In this document: piece after piece, positions 13,885 to 27,437 of the stretch
How the letters are laid out: each line of letters opens with the position of its first letter
Numbering within the stretch: position 1 is the first letter of the stretch
Position numbers and translations under genes: made by a program
The notes under the pieces: generated by a model
The model's database searches: none
What the model was told of the DNA's origin: nothing
Seen by the model: only the letters and a program-made list of their open reading frames with translations
NCBI RefSeq assembly: GCF_018350175.1
Contig: NC_058368.1
Span: 103,728,001-103,792,000 of the forward strand
Length of the DNA stretch: 64,000 nucleotides
Direction of reading: 5' to 3'
Source of the DNA: Felis catus
Taxonomy: Eukaryota

Positions 13885-14640
13885 GACTTTTCGTTTCCAA
13901 CCGTGATGAAGTAACTGGTATCAGTGAGCCCTTCTGAGAAAACAACTGTAAAACTGGACTATATGTATCTGAGCGATGATTTTTGGGAACTGGACAAGAG
14001 GCAGCCAGCTGAGAAAAGGAGAGCACGCAAAACCGGCTCCACATTTATCATAGTTTTCTGCCGATGAGCACTGCTGGAGGGTGCACAGAAGGGGAGACCC
14101 CAAGCACAGGCTGGAGGGCAAGACCATCCTAGTTGAGGAGTAAGGTGGTTGTTTGGATCTGCAGAAACGGCTGACTTTATAAGGCAGAGTTGAAAAAAAA
14201 CAGAAAGTCCGAGGGCCCAGAGGTCAGTGCGAGAGTTTGCCTCGAGCTCTTGGCTGAGGACAGGGCCATGTGTGTAAACAGTGACATTCCACAAGTGGAG
14301 CAGTGCAAAGAGAGACAAGAGTCCTGGCCAAGCCAGGGGCAGGAATGCCACCAAGCACATTTGCCATAGTGCTGAGATCCTCAAAGGTCACACCTTAGAA
14401 CTCAGGACTATGCCCTAGATTGAAAGCCATGACCCAGGACCAAGGACCAAAGTGAAACAAGCCTCCAAACAAGCCCAACAGGCACAAGAGGATCCATGAA
14501 TAACTGCCTGCCAAAAGAAGAAAAAGAAAGAAAAAACACCGATGTATAAAGAAAGACAATATATTCTGGCGGCAGGAGGGGTAAGGAATTCTAAACGTGT
14601 ATAAACCTATCAACAAAGCTCAAAAATACGAAAAGAAAAA
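13885..14640 (+). mobile_element. Ancient L1M-type 5'UTR fragment
   Basis: gacttttcgtttccaaccgtgatgaagtaactgg...aaacaactgtaaaactggac resembles old L1 5' ends. Confidence 0.55.
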
Positions 14641-15243
14641 ATGGACAGAATCAAATCCAAAGCACTGGTGGACATGTTTTAAATCATTAACATATCATAA
14701 AATGCAGAGTTGAGGCGTTCATTTGAATTTTGATAATTATGTATGCCCATTCCCATAACTGCCACACATACACACAAAAAAACAAGCTACGGCACATTTT
14801 TGTCATCTCAAAAATTTCCTAATACCCTTTTCCAATCAAATAACTACCGCAGTCCCCAACAACAACCCTGATTTCTTTACCATAGATTAGTTTTGTCTCT
14901 GGAGTTCCTGTAGCTAGAATCATATAGCATGTATTCTTTTTGTGTCCAGTTTTGTTTGCATATATCATGATTAAACATTAAGCTTCAAACCCCTTGTTGC
15001 ATACATCCATAGCTTTATTGCTATAGACTTTTCCATGTGGGAACACATCACAATTTGTTTATCCATATTCTTTTTGAAGGACATTTGGGTTGTACCCACA
15101 TTTTGTATCCAGTTTTGGCCTATTATGAACAAGGCCACTATAAACATTCTTTTACAAGTCGTTCTGTGAATATGTTTTTATTTCTCTTGAAAAATACCTA
15201 AGAATGAAACTGCTAGGTCATAGGATATTTATGTTTAACTTTA

Positions 15244-15460
15244 AAAAAAATTTTTTTTAAAGTTTATTCATTTTTGAGAGACAGAGAGAGACAGAGCATG
15301 GCGGAGAAGGGGCAGAGAGGGGGAGACACAGAATCTGAAACAGGCTCCAGGCTCTGAGCTGTCAGCACAGAGCCCGACGCGGGGCTCGAACTCACAGACC
15401 GTGAGATCATGACCCGAGCTGAAGTCGGACACTCAACCGACTGAGCCACCCAGGCGCCCC
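15244..15460 (-). mobile_element. Can-SINE (felid type)
   Basis: TSD tatgtttaacttta at 15230-15243 and 15461-15474. Confidence 0.95.
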
Positions 15461-16149
15461 TATGTTTAACTTTATAAAGAACTGCCAAATATTATTCCAA
15501 AGCCGTGGCGTTGCTTTAATCTTCCGTAAAAGAATGTCGAAGAATTACAGGAGCTCCACGTGTTCACCAATATTGGGCATTTTTATATATAGATACAGTT
15601 ATAGACACAGAGATAAATATATAGATATAGATAGGTTGTTAGATATATAGGTATCATTTTTCTGCTATTCTAATAAATGTGAAATGGTATCTCACTGTGG
15701 TTTGAATTTTTTCTTTCCTTGATGAGAAATGATGATAAACATCTTATTATGTGTTTAATGAATGTTCATATATCATCTTTTGTGAAGTGTCTATTGATGC
15801 AATTTGCACATTTTTAAAATCTGGGACATTCATGCTTCTATTATTGAATTTACAGTATTCCTTGTATTTTTTTAGGCAACTCAAATGTATGTGTTATAAC
15901 TATTTTTCCCACTTTCTGGCTTTTATATTAGTTTTATATTCTGTGTTTATTTATTTATTTCACGATGTCTTTTGATGAAACCCACTTTATCAATAATTTC
16001 ATTGAAAGTTTGTCCTTTTTATGCATCAACCAAGAAATCTTTGACTCCACCAACATCCCAGAGATATTCTCTCTTATTTTCTTATTTTCTTTTTCTAGTG
16101 TAAGCATTATGGCTGTGTTTTAACTTTTCAGTAAATTAACCATCACAAA

Positions 16150-17385
16150 TTATTTTATTTATTTTTTCATTGAAGTATAGTTAACATACAGTGTTACATT
16201 AGTTTCAGGTGTACAATATAGCGATTCAACAATTCAATACATTGCCCAGTGTTATCAAGGTAAATGTACTATTAATCCCCTTCATCTATTTTACTCTTCC
16301 TCCGCTCACCTTCCCTCTGGCAAGCACCAGTTCATTGTCTGTATTCAAGAATCTGTTTCTTTGCCTTTTTTCTTTGTTCATTCAATTTGTTTCTTAAATT
16401 CCACATATGACTAAAACCATACAGCATTTGTCTTCCTCTGATTTATTTCACTTAGCATTATACCTTCTAGCTCCATCCATGTCATTGCAAATGGCAAGAT
16501 GTCATTCTTTTTTGTGGTTGAGTAGTATTCCGTTGTATATATGTACCACATTTTCTTTATTCATTCATCTATGAATGGACACATGGGTTGGTTGCTTCCA
16601 TCGTTTGGCTACTGTATATATGCTATAATAAACATAGGGGTGCATCTATCTTTTTGAGTTAGTGTTTTCATTGTCTTTGGGTACATATCCATTAGTGAAA
16701 TTACTGGATCATACAGTAATTCTACCTTTAATTTTTTGAGGAACGTCCATACTTGCTTTCCACACTGGCTGCATCAATTTGCATTCGCAGCAGTGCAGAG
16801 GGTTCCTTTCTCTCTGCGTCCTTGCCAACACATGCCATTTTTTGTCTTTTTGATTCAAACTATTCTGACAAGTGTAAGGTGATACCTCATTGTGGTTTTG
16901 ATTTGCATTTCTCTGATGGTTAGTGATGTTGAGTATTTTTTTATGTGTCTGCTGGCCATCTGTATATCTTTTTGGAAAAATGTCTATTCAGATCCTCTGC
17001 TCATTTTTTAATCAGGCTGTTTGGTTGTTTGGTGTTGAGTTGTGTAAGTTCTTTATATATTTTGAATATTAACCCTTTATCAGATATATCATCTGTAAAT
17101 ATCTTCGCCCATTGAATAGGTTGCCTTGTCATTTTGTTGATGGTTTCCTTTCCTGTGCAAAAGCTTTTTCTTTTTCTGTAGTCCCAATAGTTTATTTTTG
17201 CTTTTGTTTCCCTTGCCTGAGGAGACATATCTATAAAAATGTTGCTAAGGCTGATGTCAAAGAAGTTACTGCCTATGTTTTCTTCTAAGAGTTTTATGGT
17301 TTCAGGTCTCATATTTGGGTCTTTGATATATTTTGAGTTTATTTTTGTGTAAGGTGTCAGAAAGTAGCCCAGTTTTATTCTTTTT
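16150..17385 (-). mobile_element. Intermediate-age L1 (carnivore/L1MA-like), ORF2 3' part + 3'UTR; resumes briefly at 20885-20900
   Basis: ORF 17001-17312 [13 protein letters not shown]...WDY...SFCT.KETINK is L1 ORF2; sequence continues (gcatgtag) after the 19-bp TSD. Confidence 0.88.
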
Positions 17386-17729
17386 TCCCCCCTGTATAAT
17401 TCATTTTTTTAGAAATTGCCAAACCATTTTCCAGAATGATTTGACAATTTTATACCCTCATTAGCAACATGAGAACTGCATTTACTCCATATCCTTGCCA
17501 ACAGTTTGTATTGCTGGTACTTTCAATTTTAGTCAACAAATGAGTGTTTAACAATATCTCATTGTACTTTCTATCTGCATTTTCCTGATAAAATTTTTTC
17601 ATGTGATTATTGAACATTTAAAAAATTTATTTTAGAAGGGTATATTCAAATATTGTCATTTTACAAGATTTATTTGTAAAAGTTCGTTCCCTCCCTCTCA
17701 ATTGCCTGCTTGTATCAGAAAGAGAGGTG
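17386..17729 (-). other. Putative L1 3'-transduced segment (contains an unrelated older L1 fragment)
   Basis: Lies between the A-rich tail of the young L1 and its TSD (17367-17385 / 20866-20884). Confidence 0.7.
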
Positions 17730-20700
17730 TTTTTCTTTTTCACTTTTATTTTTTTAAATTTACGCCCAAATTAGTTAGGATATAGTGCAACAATGATTTC
17801 AGGAGTAGATTCCTTAGTGCCTCTTACCCATTTAGCCCATCCCCCCTCCCAGAACCCCTCCAGCAACCCTCAGTTTGTTCTCCATATTTATGAGTCTTCT
17901 GTTTTGTCCCCCTCCCTGTTTTTTTATTATTTTTGTTTCCCTTGCCTTATGTTCATCTGTTTTGTCTCTTAAAGTCCTCATATAAGTGAAATCATATGAT
18001 TTTTGTCTTTATCTGACTGACTAATTTCACTTAGCGTAATACCTTCCAGTTCCATCCATGTAGTTGCAAATGGCAAGATTTCATTCTTTTTGACTGTCGA
18101 GTAATACTCCATTGTGTGTGTGTGTAAAATATATATATTTTATATATGTATATACCACATTTTCTTTATCCATTCCTCCATCGATGGACATTTGGGCTCT
18201 TTCCAAACTTTGGCTATTGTTGAGAGTGCTGCTATAAACATGGGGGTACATGTGTCCCTTCAAAACAGCACACCTGTATCCCTTGGATAAATACCTAGTA
18301 GTGCAATTGCTGGGTCATAGGGTACTCCTATTTTTAGTTTTTTGAGGGACCTCCTTACTGTTTTCCAGAGTGGCTACATCAGCTTGCATTCCTACCAACA
18401 GTGCAAAAGAGATCCTCTTTCTCTGCATCCTTGCCAACATCTGTTGTTGCCTGAGCTGTTCATGTTTTCCATTCTGACAGGTGTCAGGTGGCATCTCATT
18501 GTGGTTTTGATCTCATTTTTTGTTTTTTGGATGTTGAGTTTGATAAGTTCTTTATAGATTTTGGATACTAACCCTTCATCTGATATGTCATTTGCAAATA
18601 TCTTCTCCTATTCTGTCGGTTGCCTTTTAGTTTTGCTGATTGTTTCCTTCGCTGTGCAGAAGCTTTTTATTTTGATGAAGTCCCAGCAGTTCATTTTTGC
18701 TTGTGTTTCCCTTCCCTCCGGAGACGTGTTGACTACGAAGTTGCTGCGGCCTAGATCAAAGAGATTTTTGCCTGCTTTCTCCTCAAGGATTTCGCTGGCT
18801 TCCTTCTTACATTTAGGTCTTTCATCCATTTTGAGTTTATTTTTGTGTATGGTGTAAGACAATGGTCCAGGTTCATTCTTCTGCATGTTCCTGTCCAGTT
18901 TCCCCAGCACCACTTGCTGAAGAGACTGTCTTTATTCCATTGGATATTCTTTCCTGCTTTGTCAGAGATTAGTTGGCCTTACGTTTGTGGGTCCATTTCT
19001 GGGTTCTCTATTCTGTTCCATTGATCTGAGCGTCTGTTATTGTGCCAGTGCCATAATGTCTTGATGATTACAGCTTTGTAATACAGCTTGAAGTCTGGGA
19101 TTGTGATGCCTCCTGCTTTGGTTTTCTTTTTCAAGGTTGCTTTGGCTATTCGGGGTCTTTTCTGATTCCATACAAATTTTAGGATTATTTGTTCTAGCTC
19201 TGTGAAGAATGCTGGTGTTACTTTGCTAGGGATTGTTCTGAATATGTAGATGCTTTCTATAGTATCGACATTTTAACAATATTTTCTCTTCCTATCCAGG
19301 AGCATGGAATCTTTTTCCATTTTTTTGTGTCTTCTTCAATTTCTTTCATAAGCTTTCTATAGTTTTCAGTGTATACATTTTTTACCTCTTTGGTTAGATT
19401 TATTCCTAGGTATTTTATTTTTTGGTGCGACTGTAAATGGGACCAATTCCTTGGTATCTCTTTCTGTCACTTCATTGTTGGTGTATAGGAATGCAACCGA
19501 TTTCTGTGTGTTGATTTTATAGCCTGCAACTTTGCTGAATTCAGGAATCAATTCTAGCAGTTTTTTGGTGGAATCTCTTGGGTTTTCCATATAGAGTATC
19601 GTGTCACCTGTGAAGAGTGAAAGTTTAACCTTCTCCTGGCTGATTTGGATGCCTTTTATTTCTTTGTGTTGCCTGATTGTAGAGGCTAGGTCTTCCAATA
19701 CTATGTTGAATAACAGTGGCAAGAATGGACATCCCTGTCTTGTTCTTGACCTTACGGGGAAAGCTCTCAGCTTTTCCCCATTGAGGATGATATTAGCATT
19801 GGGTCGTTCAAATATGGTTTTTATGATCTCGAGGTATGATCCTTCTATCCCTACTTTCTTGAGGGTTTTGTCAAGAAAGGATGCTGTATTTTGTCAAATG
19901 CTTCTCTGCATCTATTGAGAGGATCATATGGTTCTTGTCCTTTCTTTTATTGATGTGATGAATCACGTTAATTGTTTTGCAGATATTGAAGCAGCCCTGC
20001 ATCCCAGGTATAAATCCCACTTGCTTGTGGTGAATAATTTTTTTAATGTATTGTTGGATTCGATTGGCTGATATCTTGTTGAGGATTTTTGCAGCCATGT
20101 TCCTCAGGGAAATTGGTCTATAGTTCTCCTTTTTAGTGGGGTCTCTGTCTGGTTTTGGAATCAAGGTAATGCTGGCTTCACAAAAAGAGTCTGGAAGTTT
20201 TCCTTCCACTTCTATTTTTTTGGAACAGCTTCAAGAGAATAGGTGTTATCTCCTCCTTAAATGTTTGGTAGAATTCCCCCGGAAAGCCATCTGGCCCTGG
20301 ACTCTTGTTTTTTGGCAGATTTTTGATTACTAATTCGACTTCCTTACTGGCTATGGGTCTGTTCAAATTATCTGTTTCTTCCTGTTTCAGTTTTGGTAGT
20401 GTATATGTTTCTAGAATTTGTCCATTTCTTTCAGATTGCCCCTTTTATTGGCATATAATTGCTCATAATATTGCCCTATTATTGTTTTTATTTCTGCTGT
20501 GTTGGTTGTGATCTCTCCTCTTTCATTCTTGATCTTATTTATTTGGGTCCTTCCCTTTTGCTTTTTGATCAAACTGGCTAGTGGTTTATCAATTTTGTTA
20601 GTTCTTTCAAAGAACAAGCTTCTGGTTTCATTGATCTGTTCTACTGTTTTTCAATAGCATTAATTTCTGCTCTAATCTTTATTATTTCCTGTCTTCTGCT

Positions 20701-20865
20701 GATTTTGGGTTTTATTTGCTGTTCTTTTTCCAGCTTCTTAAGGCGTAAGGTTAGGTTGTGTATCTGAGATCTTTCTTCCTCCTTTAGGAAGGCCGAGATT
20801 GCTATATACTTTCCTCTTATGACTGTCCTTGCTGTGTCCCAGAGGTTTTTGGTTGTGGTGTTAAG
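17730..20865 (-). mobile_element. Younger felid-type L1, 5'-truncated, ORF2 (RT domain) broken
   Basis: ORF fragments [61 protein letters not shown] (FADD motif mutated); several frameshifts; internal deletion near 18510. Confidence 0.95.
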
Positions 20866-21018
20866 GCCCAGTTTTATTCTTTTTGCATGTAGATAACCAA
20901 CATAATAAATTACTTTTGTATAAAAATTTAAGATAGAGGTCAAGGTTTCTTTTTCTCACTGATATCCAGGTATTCTGGTTATGTTTGTTTTTGTTTTTTT
21001 AAATAAGTCTTTGCTTTG

Positions 21019-21152
21019 GAGGCACCTGGATGGCTCATTTGGTTGAGTGTCTGACTCTTGATCCCAGCTCAGGTCTTGAACTCAGAGCTGTGAGTTTAAG
21101 CCCCATGTTGGTTTCCACACCCAGAGCGGAGCCTACTTAAAAAACAAAAAAA
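21019..21152 (+). mobile_element. Short Can-SINE
   Basis: gaggcacctggatggctcatttggttgag head, gagcctacttaaaaaa end. Confidence 0.85.
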
Positions 21153-22612
21153 GACTGATTTTTCATTGATTTAATTTAATATTTTGATCAAAGACCGACT
21201 GGCTATGCATGCATTTGCACAGTCATACTGTTCTATTTCTTAATTTACTTTTCTTTTTCGTTGCCTTATTATTCTATCCTCATTTATATAGAAATGTGTA
21301 TTTGTATGTTTATTATATACACATATGGAAATATGAATATACATCACATACATATATTTTCTGGATTCTCTAATCTCTGCTGTTAATCTATTCATCTTAA
21401 CATACTTATGATGCATTGTCTTACTTCCTAGGGATTTATAGTCAATCTTCAGGCCAAGTACTGTTAAGTCCACCAACTTAGTTCTTTTTTGAGATTGATT
21501 GGGCTGATCTACATTGTTTGCACTTCTGTATATATTTTGGAAACACCCTATTTATTTCTTCAAAATAGCCTGCTGGGATTTTGATAGAAATTGGATCTAT
21601 AGATCAGTTGAGGTACAACAGAGAACAATATGACTCCACCAATTCATGAAGAGGATATTATATATTTATATAGGACTTCTGTAATTTCTCTCAGCTATGT
21701 TTCATAGTTTTCCATGGAGAGATCTAACATAACTTTCATTAGATCCACTACTTAGGATTTGATGTTTTTAAATATAATTATGAGGGTATTAATTTTTAAC
21801 TTACTTTACAGATGGTTTGGTGAAAGTATATAGAAATGTAATTGACTTATATATATGTTAATATTATATTCTTGATCTTTCAAAATACCCTTTTCAGTTT
21901 AATCATTTCTCTTATAAGTAGCACAGAGTCTTCTAGAACCACAATCATATCATTCTCAAATAATGACAGTTTTACTTCTTGTTTTCCAATGTGTACTTTT
22001 TTTATCTTGTTTTTCTACCCTACTGAATTGGTATGGACTTCTAGCAAAAGTTGAATAGAAATTGTGAAAACAGATATTTTTGCTTTTTTTCAAAATTTAA
22101 AGGAAAAGGATTAATGTTTTAACATTAAGTATGGTATTAGCCATAGATTTCCCATAGATGCCTTTCACCATATTAAGGCACTGCCCTTTTGTTACTTGAT
22201 GAAAGGTCACGAAGCAGTTTCAAATTTTGTTATGTGTTTTTTTTTACATACAATGGAAGATTACACAAATTTATTTTATTTTGTTAATAAGATGAATTAT
22301 AATGACTGATATTCAAATGGCAAATCAAGCTCATTCATTCCTGGAATGAACTCATTGGTCACATATTAACCTTTCCACGTGTTATTAGATTTGATTTGCT
22401 AAATTTTTAAAGAGAATTCTGTATCTATATTCATAAAAATTTTGTCTGAAATTTTATTTTTTTATTTTTGTCTTTGAGAAGTTTTAGTATTTAGGTGACC
22501 TTGGTCTTAGAAACACAAAACCACAAAAAGAATTATGAAGCCTTCCTCTATTGTTATTTTTCTGTAAGAGCTTGTATAGGCTGTAATTATATCTTTTAAA
22601 AATATTTGATAG

Positions 22613-22790
22613 GGGGCACCTGGTTAAGTGTCCCACTTCAGCTCAGGTCATGATCTCACAGCTCATGAGTCTAAGCCCCACATTGGGCTCTGCACTGAAA
22701 GCATGAAGCCTGCTTTGGATTCTCTGTCTCCCTCTCTCTCGGCAGCTCCCCCACACCACCTCAAGATAAATAAATAAACATTTAACAAAA
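22613..22790 (+). mobile_element. Can-SINE
   Basis: Consensus body; flanked by aaaatatttg near-TSD. Confidence 0.85.
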
Positions 22791-23179
22791 TATTTGGTAG
22801 AATTCTCAGGGTAAGAATTCAAGAATGGACAGTTCGTTGCAGGGAGAGAGGAGGGAATCCGTCATCAAGAATTCAACTCCTTGAGTAAATACGGCACTAA
22901 TCACACTTTCTATTTCTTTCTATGTTAATTTCTGCAATATATGTCTTTCCAGGAACTTGTCCATTCATCCAAATTGTAGAGTTTATTGGTATAGAATTAT
23001 CCATAATATCCTATTGTTTTCATTCTATTGTCTATTGTATATATACCTACTGACGCCTTCTTTCTGACCTGAGGTTGATGATGTGCGTGTTCTCCTTCTT
23101 TTTTTCCCTTGATTAATCTTGCTAGGGATTTAAAATTTTAATAATCTTTTATTTAAAAGTCCAACTTTTAACTTTGTTA

Positions 23180-24710
23180 GAAAAACAAGAGTAAAAAAAC
23201 TTAAAATAAGTAGAATGAAGGAAACAGCAAAAATAATAAAAGGAAATCAATGACAAGGAAAAGACCACAGAGAAAACCTGAATAAAGCCAGATATTAATA
23301 CTTTGAAAATTTTTTAGAAATTGAAAAATACCTAGTAAGACTGATCTAGGAAAAAGGACAAAAATTCAAATTACCAGTTTCAGGGCTAATCGCTACATAT
23401 ACTACCAATGTTACAAAGGACCTTTTTAGCAATAAAATTGACAGCTAAGAAAATGGACAGCTGCTCAAAATACACAAATTGCCAAAATGACACAAGAATA
23501 AAGAACATTTTTAAAGCACAATCTATCTGCTAAAAATTGAGTTTTTACTTAAAATCTTTCCAGTTCGAAAGTGTCATGTGTGAACTCTCCAAATATTTAA
23601 GGAGAAAAAAGTTAATTCAAGCGATTTCTCTAATGAATTCTGTCCAATATTTGGGGGGAAAATTCATTCCTATACATACTTGGGGAAAAAATTTAAAGAA
23701 AAAAATACAGGAGGACACAACATTTCCTAACGTTTTTGTGAGGTTTACTTAACCCTGACACTAAACCCAATGAAGATATTACAAGAAAAATAACTACAGA
23801 CCAGTATCTCTCATGAACACAGAAATCCTCAACAAACCATTAGCAAATCCTATCTGGAAATATATACAAAGAATAACATAACGTGACCAAGTGAGATTTA
23901 TCCCAGGGATGCAAAATTAATTTACCATTTGTATAAACTGATGTCATTCACCATATAAACTGAATAAAAGGGAAATCACATGAGTACCTCAATATAAGCA
24001 GAAAATTTCTTAGCAAAATTTGGCACCCGTACATGATACAACCTTTTATCAAACTAGAAATATAAAGGAACTGCCATAAATTAATAGAGGACACGTATTT
24101 CCTAAAAACATCTACAGCCACCATTACACATAATGGTGAAACAGTGAATTCTTTCTCCCTTCATACTGTGAATACCGCCAGGATCTGACTTTTAACAAGT
24201 CTATGTGGCATTGTACTAGAGGTCCTTAGCCAAAAATTTAATCAAGAAACTTAAATGAAAGCTGTAAGGATTGAAAAAGAAATAAAACTATACTTTATCC
24301 AATCTTGTATTGTGGGATATTGGAGTACTACATTTATAATGTAGAATGCTACTGTCAATAGGAAAACCAAATGGATTATACATACAACATAAATAAATCT
24401 CAAAAACTTTGCAATGAGTAAAGAGAAGCCAAATACAAGAGTAGGTACTACACTATTGCATTTATGTGGATTTCGAGAACAAGCAACCTAGAGCAAAAGA
24501 TTTCAGAATAGTGGTTGCTTTCAGGAAAAGCATTGCTTTCTCTTCTGGGGCTGGAGAAGGGCACACGGAAATCAAGGGTTGTGGGAATGTTCTTTACTTT
24601 GATAGTGCTGTTGGTTACATGGTTGTGTGCCTTTCTCAAAACTCATTAAACCATACCATTTAAGATTTATTTCAATGGACGTAACCTCTCCCTTGACAAA
24701 AAATTTAAAT
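23180..24710 (+). mobile_element. Old L1 ORF2 fragment joined to an L1M 3' end
   Basis: aactacagaccagtatctctcatgaac...aaatcctcaacaaa...gagatttatcccagggatgcaa (RT region); 3'UTR-like sequence at 24340-24710. Confidence 0.78.
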
Positions 24711-25794
24711 AAAATGCCCAAAGATGTTAATAAATCACGCAAAATGAATCTGTTGTGACAGCGGTCGAGATAGCAGTTACACAGTGCCAGGAATTGTGAC
24801 TTGAGAGAGAAATGAGGCAGCCTCTGCAGGACTGGTAAACGTTCTGTGTTTCAATCTGGGTACGGTTTGTGTGCCAATATGTTTACTTTGTACAACTTCA
24901 ATACGCTGATGATACAGGCATTTTTTAATGTGTTCACTATAATTAGCATTTAAAATTTGGATGCCAGTCATCACAAAAGTCCTCTCCATCAATTCCTAGT
25001 TAGAAATGCATACAGTGCGCCATTGATACAATGGGATGGAAAGAGATGGCTGGCTGTACCACCCTATCATGCATAATAACCTCCTCGTGGAAATGCTTTA
25101 ACCTGTTACTATGACAGCATGCTTTGACTCTGGCATTCACAGAGAATAAATCTTTTCCATTTAATCTGTCCAGTTGCTTTGTTATTAAAGATGACAAGGA
25201 AGCAACAGCGAGCATCGCTAGAGAAATCACAGCCATATACATCTGTCACATTATAATACAGTGGGATCGGAGATCATTCAGGAGTGTCATAATTATAATT
25301 TCAGAAAACCAAATGCTATTTATGTGATAACATCCACCTGTATCTCTTTAACTTGTATTTTCAATTTACTGCCTGTTTACATCGATTCAAAACCGAATTC
25401 CTGCCTGTCATTAAATACTATGTAAATAAGTTAGGCCTAACTGTGAAGGATCAGAAGCTAACAGGGAAACTTCAGCATCTGGGGCCAGAAGATTCTATTT
25501 TAACAACACGCATATGGTCCTTGAAGCGTAGCTCAAGCATTTTGATAGACATGCCAAGATTCAACGAAGGAGACAGACTTTTACCACAGATGAAACTATC
25601 TCGCAGTGAAAGAGAACAGATTAATGGAAGTGTCAGGGTTCTTTGGTTGCAATCTACAGAAATTTGTTCTGGCTAACACATGCAAAAAGAGAGAGAATTC
25701 ATCATAAATAGACTTGGGAATTGCTCATTGGATTAAGGTGAGGAAGGACAACAAGGCACCTGTGAGGCTTTGAAAAGGGGCACTGATGGAAATA

Positions 25795-26300
25795 TGTATT
25801 GGAGACCGCTTGGCCCCACCTCATATCCTCTTGGGTCAATTTTCTATTCGGCCATTGCTACCGAACACAATTACCCAGGTATAATGTGACAGGCTCGTCC
25901 GTACACTGTCTTCTCTGCCCCAGAGTATGTTTGCGAGAGCCACTCATGCACATGCACAAAAACATGGAGATGGGAAGGAAGAGCAACTCATGTGGCAATT
26001 AATGGGACATGAGCTGCCGGAAAAAAAAAAATATTACCATCTTCCATCCCCCAACTGGGTAATTTTGAGCTGCTTTTCACATGGTACCCCATATGGTCCC
26101 CAGCAAGATTAAATCTCAATTGCCTACGGCAGTGATCAACTTGAACATGAATCTCTGAATGAACTCTCCCTCCTTCCCTGTTTTAGCCTCTCTGTCCTCC
26201 GCACCTGTTGCTTGGAACCACGTCCGAAGACATACTTCCTGCCCACAAGCCCTGTGCTAGGCTCTACTCTTGCTCTTTCAGGAACATGTCAGCTAAAACA
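25795..26300 (+). mobile_element. LTR16A-like solo LTR (ERVL)
   Basis: ggtccccagcaagattaaatctcaattgcc...ccttccctg...cttcctgcccacaagccctgtg...ctaaaaca follows recalled LTR16A 3' half. Confidence 0.65.
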
Positions 26301-26495
26301 AAATTATATGCAGGGCCCTGTGGCTGCCACAGGAGGTAACTTTCAAATCTATTCGGTCATTTTTGTTCCTCTGCCTATGATTCAAATCCTGAAAGAGAGC
26401 ACACATTTGCTCAAGGTTGAATCCCATGCCTATCCTATACATATGAAGGCTAAGGCACGATAGATAGTCCCTCAGAGAGAAAGAGGTAATTTGTA

Positions 26496-26561
26496 GAAGG
26501 AAGGAAAGAAGGAAGGAAGGAAGGAAGGAAGGAAGGAAGGAAGGAAGGAAGGAAGGAAGGA

Positions 26562-26605
<44 letters not shown>

Positions 26606-26607
26606 AA
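26496..26607. repeat. (GAAG)n(GAAA)n tetranucleotide microsatellite
   Basis: Directly visible. Confidence 0.97.
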
Positions 26608-26700
26608 AGAGAGAGGAAGAGAGGAAAAAAAGAGGAGAAAAGCTACCCTTCCTGTATCTTTCTGTGTATCCAAAATATGGCATTAAAAACCTGAGAAGCA

Positions 26701-26890
26701 GGACACCTGGGTGGCTCAGTTGGTTAAGCATCCAACTTTGGCTCAGGTCATGATCTCAACATTCATGAGTTCAAGCCCCACATTGGGCTCTGTGCTGACA
26801 GTGCAGAGCCTGCTTGGGATCCTCTCTTTCCCTTTCTCTCTGCCCCTCCTCCCCTGTGTCCTCTCTCTCTCTCTCTCAAAATAAACAAAC
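26701..26890 (+). mobile_element. Can-SINE
   Basis: Consensus head and body, (CT)n, tail. Confidence 0.92.
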
Positions 26891-27437
26891 TTCTTTAAAA
26901 AACACAAAAATTGTTTTAAAAAATTAAAAAACTAAGAAGTAAAAACATGCGAAGCAAACTTAGCAAAGTGAAATTATTTAAATTCTATTCCTAAATTAAC
27001 AGCACATATAATATCATATTTACAATGAATTTATTTCCCTGGAGTGTTTGAAATTACAGGTCACTTATACTTATGGTGATTGATTAAAAATTCATCAAGA
27101 ATCTGAGGATGATTAGATGAGAACCTCATACCCTACTCATTGCTGCCAGAGAGGAGCCAAGCCTTCTAAACAAGATGGAGTAAACACGTTGAATCGTACC
27201 AATCTCACTAACTACAACTAAACACGCTGAACAAAATACAAACAGCAATTATCAGGAGACCGTGAGAGGTAGACAAGGCAGACTGGCTAAGGACCTACAG
27301 ACTTAAGGAACAATGGGGTAGTGAGTTTACTGGTTTGCTTTGGTTTTGTCTCCTTTATTTCTTGGCCTTCACACTAGAGCAGCCTACAACCTGAAACACA
27401 AAGCAATAAAGCGATGCAAAAATTAGAGGCTGCCCTT

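Larger units (their letters stand above)
14690..23180 (-). mobile_element. Old L1 (L1MC/ME-like; 3'UTR to mid-ORF2) hosting nested younger L1s and SINEs
   Basis: Degenerate antisense L1 at 14690-16150, resuming at ~20905-23180. Confidence 0.75.

Noticed and set aside
13959..14384. 141-aa ORF with a signal-peptide-like start
   Set aside because: Antisense to an old L1 5'UTR relic; no homology recognised.
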